Positions 35,361 to 47,561 of a DNA stretch of 64,000 nt are shown in pieces. The DNA lies in contig MCFH01000055.1 in the NCBI GenBank assembly GCA_002104945.1, positions 62,001 to 126,000 of the forward strand, in the 5' to 3' direction. This DNA is from Piromyces finnis finn (taxonomy: Eukaryota; Fungi; Neocallimastigomycota). Each line of letters opens with the position of its first letter. Within the stretch, counting starts at the first letter, position 1. Made by a program: the position numbers and the translations under genes. The notes under the pieces are model-generated. The model worked only from the letters and a program-made list of their open reading frames with translations. It ran no database searches and was not told the origin of the DNA.

Positions 35361-38300
35361 TGAAACATGTAATAATGATGAGTCATGTAGTAATAATGAT
35401 AATGAAAAAGATATTAATAAAGATAAATTGGTCGCCGTACCAACCCAATATTTAAAATTTAGTGAAGTGTTTAACGAAAAAAATTGTGAAGTGTTACCTC
35501 CTCATAGACCTTATGATTGTGAAATCAAACTTAAAGATGATTCGACTTTATTTTATGGACCTTTGTATCCATTAACTGAAGTTGAAAGAGAGGAACTTAA
35601 AAAATATATTGATGATAATTTAAATAAAGGTTTTATTAGGAAATCATCGTCTCCTGCTGGTGCCCCAATTTTATTTGTTAAAAAGAAGGATGGCTCCCTA
35701 AGACTTTGTATCGATTATAGAAAGTTGAATGATATTACCATTCGTAATTCATATCCTTTACCTTTAATTAGTGACCTTTTGGATAGGGTGAAAAATGCTA
35801 AGATTTCTACTAAATTAGACCTTAAATCCGCTTATAATCTTGTTCGTATTAAAGAAGGTGATGAATACAAAACGGCTTTTCGTACTAGATATGGACATTT
35901 TGAATATCTGGTTATGCCTTTTGGATTAAAGAATGCACCTGCAACTTTTCAACACTTCATTAACGATGTCCTTAGTGACTATTTAGACGATTTTGTTATC
36001 TCATATATTGATGATATTCTTATTTATTATAATAATATCGAAGAACATCATGAGCATGTTAAAAAGGTACTTAAGAAACTACTTGAAAATAATCTTTATG
36101 TTAAATTAGAAAAATGTGAGCTTGATGTTGAGAAAACCACTTTTCTTGGTTATGTCATTTCAAAGGATGGATTGCAAATGGATGAAAATAAAGTTAAAGC
36201 AATTCTCGATTGGCCGGTTCCCAAGAATGTTAAAGAGGTTCAGTCTTTTATTGGTTTATGCAACTATTACAGAATTTTTATTAAAGACTTTGCTAAAATT
36301 GCAAACCCTCTTCACAAACTCACTAGAAAGAATGTTGCTTTTAACTGGGTGAAAGAAGATCAGGACGCTTTTATTTTATTAAAATCTCTGTTCACGTCAG
36401 CTCCTATTCTGAAACATGCGGATAGTAATAAACAATTTATTGTGGAAACTGATGCTAGTAATTATGCTGTCGGTGCTATTCTCTCTCAAGAATTTGATGG
36501 CAAATTGCATCCTATTGCATTTCTTTCTAAAAGTTTGACGAGTTGTCAAAGAAACTATCCTATATATGACAAGGAACTTTTTGCTATTGTAGTTGCTCTT
36601 GAAGAATGGCGTCATTATTTAGAAGGTGCACGCCATCCGTTCATAATTTATACTGATCACAAGAATTTAACATTTCCTAGAAAACCTGAAATGTTATCTC
36701 AGAGACAAATTAGATGGAATTTGTTCTTATCCAGATTTGATTTTAAACTCATTTATAGAGCTGGAAAGAAATCCGGTAAGCCTGATATCCTGTCTCGTAG
36801 AAGTGACCATTTAGAGAATAATATTAATTCTGATGTTTCTTGTCTTACTATTTCGTTTCATCATAGCGATAACAAACCGTTTATCGATTCTATTTTATTA
36901 GAACTTAAAAATGACGATTTGTATAATTCTATTGTCCAATTTAAAATGAATGGTTCTGCATGTAATGCACCTATTAAAAATATTGATAAAGTTATAATTG
37001 ATAACGAGGGATTTTTGTTATATAATAATCTTATTTATGTTCCTAAATCTCTTAGGACAAGAGTTTTGGAACTTCATCATGATTCTGTTGCTGCTGGTCA
37101 TTTCGGTATTAAGAAAACCACTGAACTGATTTCCAGAAACTTTTGGTGGCCAAGGTTTCATTCAGACGTTAAATCTTTTATCAAATCTTGCGTGACTTGT
37201 TGCAAATCCAAAGTCCCCAGACATAAGCCTTATGGATTGTTATCCCCTTTGGACACTCCCAGTAGGCCCTGGTCTGATATTTCTATTGATTTTATTGTTG
37301 ATCTTCCTAAGTCCAGAGATATGACAACTCTCATGGTTGTTGTCGATAGATTTACTAAATTTGCTCACGCCATTCCTTTACGTTGTCTTCCTACTGCTTC
37401 GATTGCTGCTGATGCTTTTATTGCTAATGTCTTCCGTTTGCATGGTCTTCCTGATTCCATCATTTCTGATAGAGGCTCGCAATTTACTTCTGACTTTTGG
37501 TCAAGACTTTGTGACCTTCTTAATATCAATCATTCATTATCAACTGCCAACCATCCGCAGACAGATGGTCAAACGGAGAGGGTGAACGGCATATTAGAAC
37601 AATATTTCCGTTGTTTTATAAATAAAAAGCAGAATAACTGGGTTGATCTTATCCCATTTGCTGAATTTGCATATAATAATACTTTACAACAATCTATAAA
37701 TCAATCCCCATTCTTTGCTAATTATGGTTTTCATCCAAAGTTCAGCTTAGAAATTCCAGCTAATGATAGACCTAGTAGAGCTGAACAAAGAGTAATTGAT
37801 ATGAATGAAAACTTTAAATTATTAAAAGAATACTTAGAAAAAGCAAAAGAAACATATAAGAAATATGCCGATATGAAAAGAATGAGTCCCCCGGAGTTCG
37901 AAGTAGGAAAGAAAGTATGGTTATTGAAAGATTCTCCTGAAACTAACTTAAAGAAAAAATTAGCACCTCAAATGCTTGGTCCATTTGAGATAATTGAAAA
38001 AGTTAGTTCTCTCGCTTTCAAATTGAAACTTCCAAAGACAATGAGATGTCATCCAGTCTTTCATGTTTCATTGTTAGAACCATACTTTGAAAACAAGTTT
38101 AACGACAGGTCTAATCGTAGGAAGAGGAACATTCACCTTAACACAGATTTAATTGAAAAAATTCCAGAGAAAATTGAAAAGATGAAATCTGTTAATGGTG
38201 AAACATTTTATAAGTTATCATGGAAAGGATTTGACAAATCCACTTGGATTTCTGAAGATCAGATTCCAGATAAACAATTAATACAAGAGTTTGAAAGAAA

Positions 38301-38430
38301 CTCTAAAAAGTCAAAATATAAGTCGAACGACTCCTCCATGAAAATTAGAAAGAATAAAGTTGGTAATCTAATCAAGCACAGATACCAACCATTTGTAATT
38401 GAAATTCCTTCGAGAAAAGATTCCTTATAA
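35245..38430 (+). CDS. pol: RT-RNaseH-IN-chromodomain of family J, offset +1 from the protease frame
   Basis: YIDD, VETDAS, H..GH..C..C, SDRG, LGPF; degenerate chromodomain FYKLSWKGF..TW. Confidence 0.93.
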   Translation: MKKKNMLKAALLEPSMMKMIAMMNILVLIKKSCIVTKINETCNNDESCSNNDNEKDINKDKLVAVPTQYLKFSEVFNEKNCEVLPPHRPYDCEIKLKDDSTLFYGPLYPLTEVEREELKKYIDDNLNKGFIRKSSSPAGAPILFVKKKDGSLRLCIDYRKLNDITIRNSYPLPLISDLLDRVKNAKISTKLDLKSAYNLVRIKEGDEYKTAFRTRYGHFEYLVMPFGLKNAPATFQHFINDVLSDYLDDFVISYIDDILIYYNNIEEHHEHVKKVLKKLLENNLYVKLEKCELDVEKTTFLGYVISKDGLQMDENKVKAILDWPVPKNVKEVQSFIGLCNYYRIFIKDFAKIANPLHKLTRKNVAFNWVKEDQDAFILLKSLFTSAPILKHADSNKQFIVETDASNYAVGAILSQEFDGKLHPIAFLSKSLTSCQRNYPIYDKELFAIVVALEEWRHYLEGARHPFIIYTDHKNLTFPRKPEMLSQRQIRWNLFLSRFDFKLIYRAGKKSGKPDILSRRSDHLENNINSDVSCLTISFHHSDNKPFIDSILLELKNDDLYNSIVQFKMNGSACNAPIKNIDKVIIDNEGFLLYNNLIYVPKSLRTRVLELHHDSVAAGHFGIKKTTELISRNFWWPRFHSDVKSFIKSCVTCCKSKVPRHKPYGLLSPLDTPSRPWSDISIDFIVDLPKSRDMTTLMVVVDRFTKFAHAIPLRCLPTASIAADAFIANVFRLHGLPDSIISDRGSQFTSDFWSRLCDLLNINHSLSTANHPQTDGQTERVNGILEQYFRCFINKKQNNWVDLIPFAEFAYNNTLQQSINQSPFFANYGFHPKFSLEIPANDRPSRAEQRVIDMNENFKLLKEYLEKAKETYKKYADMKRMSPPEFEVGKKVWLLKDSPETNLKKKLAPQMLGPFEIIEKVSSLAFKLKLPKTMRCHPVFHVSLLEPYFENKFNDRSNRRKRNIHLNTDLIEKIPEKIEKMKSVNGETFYKLSWKGFDKSTWISEDQIPDKQLIQEFERNSKKSKYKSNDSSMKIRKNKVGNLIKHRYQPFVIEIPSRKDSL

Positions 38431-40071
38431 ATTAATCTCGCAGGAGCTCGACTTAGAGAGAGAGATTGTAAAGATATCAAACGCCTCTGTTTGATATCTT
38501 TAATGTAACTTAAGCCACAAGTATTATTGTTTAAGTTACACAAATTATATTCAGAAAAAGAAAATGAGACATAATTTATTTATTAATAATTAAAGTTTAA
38601 AACAAAATAAATTATTAATTTATTTTTAATGTTTAACAAGTAAATTAATATTCTCAATTTAAATCCCTAGTTTTAGTATTGTTTTTTTATAGAAATAGAT
38701 AAATAATAAATGATTAATATATCAATAATACATGGGCACATATTCAAATTAAATAGTACTTAATTTGAATTGCCAATTGTATTTTACTAAAAATAGTTAT
38801 AGTTTAAATATTTATTAATAATTAAGATTTTAGTGTAGATTTTAAATAATAATATATAAGAAATAAATAGTTATAATATAATATAAATGTATTTAGGAAA
38901 AATATAAATAGAAGATATTTTTCATCATTTTATCGATGTAATTGTTATTATTAAAATTCTATTATAATAAAAGATATTTTTAATAAAACAATTTTTATTT
39001 TTATTTTAAATTTAGTGTTATTGTAATAGAATAGATATCCTAATCTATTTTTTCTGTGTCGCCATTACAAAATTTAAATGAGAATAATTATTTAAATAAA
39101 CTAATATTATTAACATTAATTAATGATTAATAATTAATGATTTTAACTAAAAAATATTAATTATGTATCAAATAATTATTATTTCTTACATATTGTTAAG
39201 GAATGAACATAAATAGTTGAATTAGCTAGAATTTTAGGATTTAACCTTCAACTATTTATATTCCTTACTAGTGTTTAACTCTATTTTTAAAATATAAAAA
39301 TTATAATATATAATTTTTATACATTTTTCTAGTAATTATTAATATTTTTATTATATAGTTATATTATTTGTATATAGTTATTTAAGACCTTTATTATTAG
39401 TATTAGTATAATTACTTATAATATTTTATACTTATAAAATTTTACAAAATTTTATTATTAAAATAGTTATAGGTATTTTATTATTATTTAAGGTTTATTT
39501 TATTAATTAACTTTATTGTATAATATTTTATAATTTGAAATTATGACATAGAATTTAATTATAATTTTTACTAAAAGAGGCAACTGTTACACACAAAACA
39601 GAAGATACCTCGACAGAAAAATTATTATTTATGTCTAAAAAAGGGCATAATTAATTGAATAATATAATTTTATTATATGTCATAATTAAATATATAATAT
39701 ATGATATGCAAAAATGTTACACATATCATAAATTAAAAATTTATTAATTATAAATTAAAAATTTTTCTATTCAAATATTAAGAGATTATTCATAATATAT
39801 ATTAAGGATTTAATTAATATATGTTACAGTGAATGATCCATATATTATGAATGAAATCAATTTAAATCCTTAGCTATCCAAAACCATTAAATTTCAAATA
39901 ATGGATAGTTGGAAAAAGTACGAGGATTTTTGAGAAAAATTTTAAAAATTGAAAAATCAAAAATAAATTAAATGAATAAAAATTAAAATTAAATAAATTT
40001 TTATTTTTATAACTATTCAAGTGTTTTGTGATATCTTATTTGAACCGTAGCATTATAGATTCGTTACATTT

Positions 40072-41518
40072 TGTAAAATATTGTATTAATAGAATAATGT
40101 ATTTAATTGTCATGAATATTAGTGGATTCATGATTATTTATTTAATTAGTGTTTTATTCGTTTAATTAATTAGAAATATTTTATTATAAAACATAATTAA
40201 ATAATATTTTAAATATTAATTAATTATAATTATTAAGATTTTATATTTATTAAAGTTTGAATTAATATTTCTTTGTTCATTTGATTAAGAAGGAAATTAA
40301 AACTAAATTATAAAATAATCATTCCTTCTACAAATGATTGATAATATGACTTTTATAATTATTAAATTTAACACGAGTGAAAAGTCATATATAATTAATA
40401 TATAATTAATTTATAGAATAGTTAATTAATATAAATAATTAGTCATGTATTAAATTTAAAATGTATTCCTTAATATTAGAGATAGTATAAATACTCGAGA
40501 AAATTCTTATCATTAGGAATTTCGAGAGTTCATTACATTTAATATTTACTCTAATTATAATAATAACTAATAAATAAAGATTTTTCTTTAAATAAAAATT
40601 TATTAATAAATAAAGTTAATAAAATATTATTTATTTAAAAATTTACTAATTCATTTATTTAATTAATTGATAAATTTAGGGTAAATATGTACGTTCCGAC
40701 CTAACTGAAGTGAAATCCTTAACATTAATACGTATTTAAAATAATGTATAATGTATTAAATTAATGTACCGTAAAATTTCATAAAATTTATATCACAATA
40801 CATTAACATAAATTTATGTAAATTTTATTTTTTAATTACAAAAATTTATATCACAATACATTAACATAAATTTATGTAAAATTTAATTTTATGATAAGAT
40901 AAAGTTTTTGATGATAAAATAAAATTCTAAATTAAATAAATTTTAACCAATAAATATTTAGATAATAAAAAAAATTTTTTTATAAACTAAGCCTCAAAAT
41001 TAGAAATAAATAAATTGAATATATGTTTGAAATATAATCAACCATATAGTAAATAAATCAAAACTTTATTTTAAGTTTAGAAAATTCTTTAGTAAATAAA
41101 TTGAATTTAAATAGTTTAATACAAATAATTTCTTTTAATAAATGTATAAATGTAAACAATGTAAAATTATAATATTAAAACATGTATATTAGAATTTATT
41201 CAATTTATTTAAAAAGTATAAATAAAGAAAATTTTTCAACTATTGAAACGATAGTTGGAAAATCGTATAGGTTAATTTAGTATAGATAAATTAACATTAG
41301 TTTATAGTTTAGATTAATAATTTTAGTTTTAAATAAATATAAATTGATTACCTAGTGAGGGCTCTGGTAAAATAACCTTCACGGTAAAGTAATCAACGGT
41401 TGTTATAGTTTTGTTTAGTTTAAATAATTTAATAAATAAATAAAATATAATAAATAAAGATAATTTGTTAGTTTAGTGAATTGTATACAAACCTGAACTT
41501 AGGTTAGTTTATTTTACA
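40072..41518 (-). mobile_element. Family M LTR-like repeat interrupted by the N LTR
   Basis: Reverse complement of 49489-50308; TGTAAAATA termini. Confidence 0.75.
40108..40724. mobile_element. Solo LTR, family N
   Basis: TGTCATG..CCTTAACA; TSD TTAAT; removing it rejoins the M sequence. Confidence 0.8.
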
Positions 41519-41535
41519 ATTATCAAATTATATCA
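41519..41535 (+). mobile_element. 17-nt remnant of the family A LTR 3' end
   Basis: ATTATCAAATTATATCA, identical to the A LTR terminus. Confidence 0.6.
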
Positions 41536-41957
41536 AATAATAGAAATAACTAAATTGTTATAGTGGTTAGTAGCTAAGAATTTGAATCTGAATGTAACTA
41601 GTTCGAGACCTCATAGATACTATTTTAAAAATTATAATTTTATTTTATTTTTAAATTTTATTTTATATGAAGATTATTGATTGGCTAAGAATTTTAAGTT
41701 GAAAAAATTTTATAAATTAATTTAAAAAATTTTTAGTATAAATACGAGCGAATTTTCTCAAATATTTTAAAGAATCGAGATTTTATTAATAAATAATTAT
41801 ATTATTAAACACTAACTTATTAAGTTAAATTCTATGTGTTTTTAATGATATTTTTATAAATTAATAATTTACAGAATATTTTAAAGTGTTAAGATTACTA
41901 AGTTATTTAGTAAATATTATAACTTGTTTTTTATTAATAAAGACACATTTCTTTACA

Positions 41958-41967
41958 ATAAAATCTC
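41958..41967 (+). promoter_or_regulatory. Self-priming PBS of family G (ATAAAATCTC)
   Basis: Complement GAGATTTTAT at 41777-41786, ~40 nt after TATAAA (41737). Confidence 0.7.
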
Positions 41968-42852
41968 CTTATAATATAAAAGCTTAATACCTTAGTGTTT
42001 AAGAAATTGTTATAGATAAAACTTTTAAGTTTTATTGAAGCTTTTCTTTAAAAGAAATATTTTATTTACTTAAAGTAGTAGAATTAGTACGCTTTAGAAG
42101 CGGTATATAATTCAAACTATAAAAAGTAAAAGATTAACGGGATCGAGTTTAACCTGTACAATAATTGGGTTGGCAGGCTCTGAGCTATTCTACTTTGAAT
42201 AAGGAAGTAGGAGAATCCGAGGTACACCACGTACAAGACGCTGTAATAAGCAAGCTGGCGTGAGATTTATAGTTGTATACTATCTTTTGCTGTTTGATTA
42301 TAGACCGGAAAATAGCCGGAAATGCCTTACTTTAATAAAATAATATTTCTTAATTAATACATTTTAAAATTAAGTTTTCTAATAAAACAATTTCTAATTT
42401 TTAATTATAATTATTAATTGTTAAGACAATTTATTAAAATTGTAATAATATAAAATAATATTCTTTATAACTCCTTTAGCGTGAGAAGTTAAACTCTTAT
42501 ACATAATACTTCTACGTTCGGATAAGGTTGATATAGGGAAAGAAAACCTGTAATAATTTTTATTGCTAACAATAAGTTAGACACTAAAAAAAAATTTTTA
42601 CACCGTTCCTTTCTTTTATTAATTTAATTAATATTAACAATCGACTTTATACGTGTTATCGTGAAGAGCTACGAAGGACTTATTATAAAGAATAAAACAG
42701 GTTATATATTTGATGGTTTAACACTATATAATCTGGTTTGTATTATTATTTAATAAAAAGATTTACTCAATTAATAAATATATAATTAAATACTTTATTC
42801 TATTATTTTTACAAATTTATTAAAGCTTATTAAAGAAAACATCATAAGTACT

Positions 42853-43953
42853 ATGGAAGAGAACGAAAACAACCACATGGATAATAATAATATTTTCGAA
42901 AACGCAACTCTTAAGGATGGTTTTTCAGGGGATCGCAGGTATCTGAAGGGTTTCTTAGCTAAGGTGGAGCTAGTGTTTATGCTATATCCTGAACGGTATC
43001 AAGACGACGCAACCAAAATTCTCTATATAATATCAAGACTTTATGGGGACGCTATGAATTGGGCTGCTACTCTTATAAACAACCATGATCCGTGTCTTAA
43101 TAACTACCAAGCTTTTGTTGACAGGTTTAAGGCTTTTTATGGATATAACGATGCTACCTATGTTGCAAATCAAATGCTTAGAACCTTAAAACAACGCCGA
43201 TTAGGAGGAATTAGAGGATATATCTTGGAATTTAACCGCTATGCTGATGAATCAAACTGGAATGAACAAGTCAAAATGGATGCATTTATAGCTGGCCTTA
43301 ATCAACAAGTTGCCGTTCGTATTTTGGAAATGTTTCCGGGTCCTAGGGATCTTCTTTCATTACAGACTATTGCTTCAAGAATCGATTCAAGATTATCTAC
43401 ACATCATACCTTTTTCCCTTCTGGTTCAAACAATGACCAAAACCGAAAGAAAAGATCTTTTCATCACTCTTCAAAAATAACAAAGTCCATTACAAACAGG
43501 AATAACCATGGCCCTATCTCAAACGAAGAAAAGGAAAGAAGAAAGAAAGAAAATCTTTGTGTGTATTGTGGTGCTTCAAGTCATAAGCTTAATAATTGTC
43601 CAAAAAGAAAGAATAAAGATCGTGAAAATCCTTCACTAATATCTATTCCCACACTTATATCCGCTCCTAAAGAAGAAAACAAAACTCATAATAAAATGAC
43701 AACTAAATTTAAACTTTCTTATGAACTAAATACGGATATTCTTATTGACTCAGGATCCAAACTTAATTTAATTGATGTAGATTACTGTAACGATAATAAC
43801 ATTCCTTATCATGATGATGGTAACCTCCCAAATATCGTTGGTATCGGTGGTCGACAATCTCTTTTTGGAATTACATCTCCTTTGAATCTTCGCTACAAAG
43901 ATCATCTCTGTCGAACACAATTCTATGTAACTGATCTACCTTATTATCCTTGT
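42853..43953 (+). pseudogene. gag: Gag-protease of family G, truncated by a J LTR
   Basis: CVYCGASSHKLNNC knuckle; LIDSGSKLNLI in the same frame. Confidence 0.9.
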
Positions 43954-44476
43954 TGTAAAGATATCAAACGCCACAGATTGATATCTTTAATGTAACTTAA
44001 GCCATAAATATCATTGTTTAAGTTACACGAATTATATTACAGAAAAAGAAAATGGGACATAATTTATTTATTAATAATTAAAGTTTAAAACAAAATAAAT
44101 TATTAGTTTATTCTTAATGTTTAACAAATAAATTAAAATTCTCAATTCAAACCCCTAGTTTTAGTATTGTTTTGTAATAGAAATAGACATCTAGTATATA
44201 ATTATTAAATGTTTAATATATCAATAATACATGGGCACATATTCAAATTGAATAGTACTTAATTTGAATTGCCAATTGTATTTTACTAAAAATAGTTATA
44301 GTTTAAATATTTATTAATAATTAAGATTTTAGTGTAGATTTTAAATAATAATATATAAGAAATAAATAGTTATAATATAATATAAATGTATTTAGGAAAA
44401 ATATAAATAGAAGATATTTTTCATCATTTTATCGATGTAATTGTTATTAATATAATTTCTATTATAATAAAAGATA
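43954..44476 (+). mobile_element. J-type LTR lacking its 3' ~110 bp, fused to the G RT
   Basis: TGTAAAGATATCAAACGCC start; joins directly to the (I)DDIIIFS coding sequence. Confidence 0.88.
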
Positions 44477-46792
44477 GATGATATTATTATTTTTTCCTCT
44501 GATTATAAATCTCATATATCTCATGTCAAAACTGTTTTGAAACACCTGAGGGATGCTGGGCTCTATGCTAAATTGGAAAAATGCGAGTTCTTTGTTTCTT
44601 TTATTGATTTCCTTGGTCATAGGATTTCTACTGATGGTATTCACATGGACCCAAATAAAGTTTCTTCTATTTTAAACTGGCCTACTCCATCTAATGTTAA
44701 AGAGGTTCAATCTTTTCTTGGTCTTGCGAACTACTACCGTCGATTTATTCCAAATTTTGCAAAGATCGCTCATCCTTTGCATAAACTTTTGAAGAAAAAT
44801 GTTAAATTTGTATGGTCTAAAGAAGCTCAAGATGCTTTCGATTCACTCAAGTCCTTATTTGTTTCTGCTCCTGTTCTTATATTTCCTAATCGTGAACTTC
44901 CATTCATAGTCGAAACTGATTCAAGTAACTTTGCCATTGGTGCTATTCTCTCGCAAGTCTCTCCAATTGATAATATGACCCATCCAGTTGCTTTCTTTTC
45001 TCGCTCTCTTACTGGTCCTGAACGTAATTATCCAATATATGATAAAGAGCTCTTAGCTATCGTTGCTGCCCTTGAAACATGGCGTCATCTACTTAAAGGC
45101 TCTTCTTCTACTTTTAAGATTTACTCGGATCATCGAAATTTACTCTATCAAAAGAAACCTGAAAAAATGTCTCAACGTCTTGTTCGCTGGGCTTTGTTTC
45201 TCTCTGAATTTAACTTTGTTATTATTTATCGTTCTGGTTCTTCTAACGGTAAGCCTGATGCTCTATCTCGTCGTCCTGATTATGCTATCAATTCGAATTC
45301 CTCTTCTGATGTTCCTTTTAATGTTCTTCGCCCTGAAAACTTTTGTGCCATTGTGACTTCTGTTTCGTCCATTAGTGATTCTTTTCTTTCCGAATATATA
45401 ATTGATGACTTTTACAATAAAATCTGTGAATATCTTGATTGTAGGAAACCTCCAATACCTCACCCTCAAATTGACAAATTTTCCTTAAGCAATAGTTTTC
45501 TCCTTTTTACTGACAGAATCTATGTTCCTCCTAATTGTCGTCTTTCAATTCTTAAACTCTGTCACGACTCTCCTTCAGCTGGTCATTTCGGAATAAAGAA
45601 AACATCTTCTCTTATTGCTAGAGACTTCTGGTGGCCTTCTATTTCTTCTGATGTTAAAGACTACGTTCGTTCTTGTGAAGTTTGTTGTCGTTCAAAAACC
45701 TTTCGTCATAAACCTTATGGTCTTCTGAATCCTCTTGATATTGCTGAGCGTCCTTGGTCATCCATTTCAATGGATTTCATTACAGATTTGCCTTCATCTT
45801 CTGGTTTCACTTGCATTCTTGTTGTTGTTGATCGTCTTACAAAAATGGTTCATCTCATTCCGTTCAAAAGTATTCCTTCCGCCGCCGAAACAGCCACAGC
45901 CTTTATTGATAATATTTTCCGTCTTCATGGCCTACCTGAATCTATTGTCTCGGATAGAGGTTCTCAATTTACCTCTAAATTCTTCCAATCCATCTGTTCC
46001 TCCCTTGGCATTGAACTTAAGTTGTCTACTCCATTTCATCATCAATCAAACGGTCAGACGGAGAGGGTGAACTCCGTTATAGAACAATATTTAAGATGTT
46101 TCTCAAATTATAAAGGTTCAAATTGGAAAAGTTTTCTTAGTCTTGCAGAATTTAGTTATAACAACGTGGTTCAAGAATCATCCAAATTTTCTCCATTCTT
46201 TTTGAATTACGGCTTTCATCCAAAATATTCACCAGTTATTCCAGACTTATCTAAAGTCCCAAGAGCAGAAGAGTTTACAAGAGATTTTAAAACTTTAATT
46301 AATACCTTAAAAGAAAATTTAAAATCTGCCATGGAAACCCAGAAGAAGCATGCTGACAAACGTAGAAAAGAAGCTCCGAATTTTAAAGTTGGTGACAAAG
46401 TTTGGCTGGATAGTTCTTTAATTATCCACAAAGGAAATAAAAAATTTAAGCCAAGAAAACTCGGCCCATACAAAATCTTGGAAAAAATATCAAATGTTAC
46501 ATTTAAATTAAGTCTCCCAAAATCTATTAAGATTCATCCAGTTATTCATGTATCCAATCTCGAGAAATATGTCGAAGATAAATTTGGAAGATCTCAACCA
46601 CCACCGCCACCTATTACCGTTGACAATGAAGAAGAATACGAAGTTGAAGAAATTCTGGATAAAAGAAGACATTACGGAAAAATACAATACCTGATTAAAT
46701 GGAAAGGGTATTCAATCAATGAAGCTTCGTGGGAGCCTGAAGAAAATCTAAATTGCAAGGGGCTACTTAAAAAATTTAATAGAAAGAAATAA
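44474..46792 (+). pseudogene. pol: Family G pol remnant (RT C-terminal half, RNase H, IN, canonical chromodomain)
   Basis: IDDIIIFS; VETDSS; SDRG; LGPY; [28 protein letters not shown]. Confidence 0.93.
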
Positions 46793-47118
46793 AAAATAGT
46801 TAAAAAATTCAAATTATATTTATTATTAATATTAAAATCATAATTATTATTATTATCAAAACTTATTAATATCATTATCAATATCAATTTTATTATTAAA
46901 CAATTTATTAATATCAAATTTATCAATATTTTATTTTTAACTTTAGTAATATTAAAAAAAAATGTATTTTATTATATTAAATGTATTTTTATAATTAAGA
47001 AAATTCACTCCTTAGTTTAGTTTATTAAAAAAGAAAAACATATATTTAAATATTAAAATTCTAGATTCGTCTGGTATCCGAATCCTGGAGGAGGACCATG
47101 TAACGAATACTAGAAATA

Positions 47119-47197
47119 ACTAAATTGTCTTAGTGGTTAGTAGCTAAGACTTTGAGTCTGAATGACACTAGTTCGAGACCTCATAGATACTATTTTT
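47119..47197 (+). promoter_or_regulatory. tRNA-like Pol III A-box/B-box cassette in the G LTR U3 (also 41549, 55591, 59169)
   Basis: TGTCTTAGTGG at 47126; AGTTCGAGACC at 47170; Gln(TTG)-like arm AAGACTTTGARTCT; T-run after. Confidence 0.7.
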
Positions 47198-47561
47198 AAA
47201 AAAAATTATAATTTTATTTTATTTTATTTTATTTTTAAATTTTATTTTATATGAAGATTATTGATTGGTTAAGAATTTTAAGTTGAAAAAATTTTATAAA
47301 TTAATTTAAAAATTTTTTAGTATAAATACGAGTGAATTTTCCCAAATATTTTAAAGAATCGAGATTTTATTAATAAATAATTATATTATTAAACACTAAC
47401 TTATTAAGTTAAATTCTATGTGTTTTTAATGATATTTTTATAAATTAATAATTTACAGAATATTTTAAAGTGTTAATATTACTAAGTTATTTAGTAAATA
47501 TTATAATTTGTTTTTATTGTTAAAGACACATTTCTTTACACAACAAAAGCTTGGTAGTTAT

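Larger units (their letters stand above)
32878..39069 (+). mobile_element. Full-length chromovirus, family J
   Basis: 603-bp LTRs 32878-33480 and 38467-39069 (2 substitutions seen); TSD AAATT; PPT AGAGAGAGAGAT. Confidence 0.97.
41536..47540 (+). mobile_element. Chromovirus family G, disrupted
   Basis: LTRs 41536-41957 (5' end missing) and 47099-47540; PPT GGAGGAGGACCA; gag-PR; RT/RH/IN/chromodomain. Confidence 0.92.

Noticed and set aside
41244-41535. Separate 292-bp TGAAA..CA element
   Set aside because: Better explained as part of family M plus a 17-nt A-LTR remnant; no TSD
47119-47190. G-LTR cassette as a functional tRNA-Gln gene
   Set aside because: Acceptor and T stems do not pair; kept only as a promoter-like mimic
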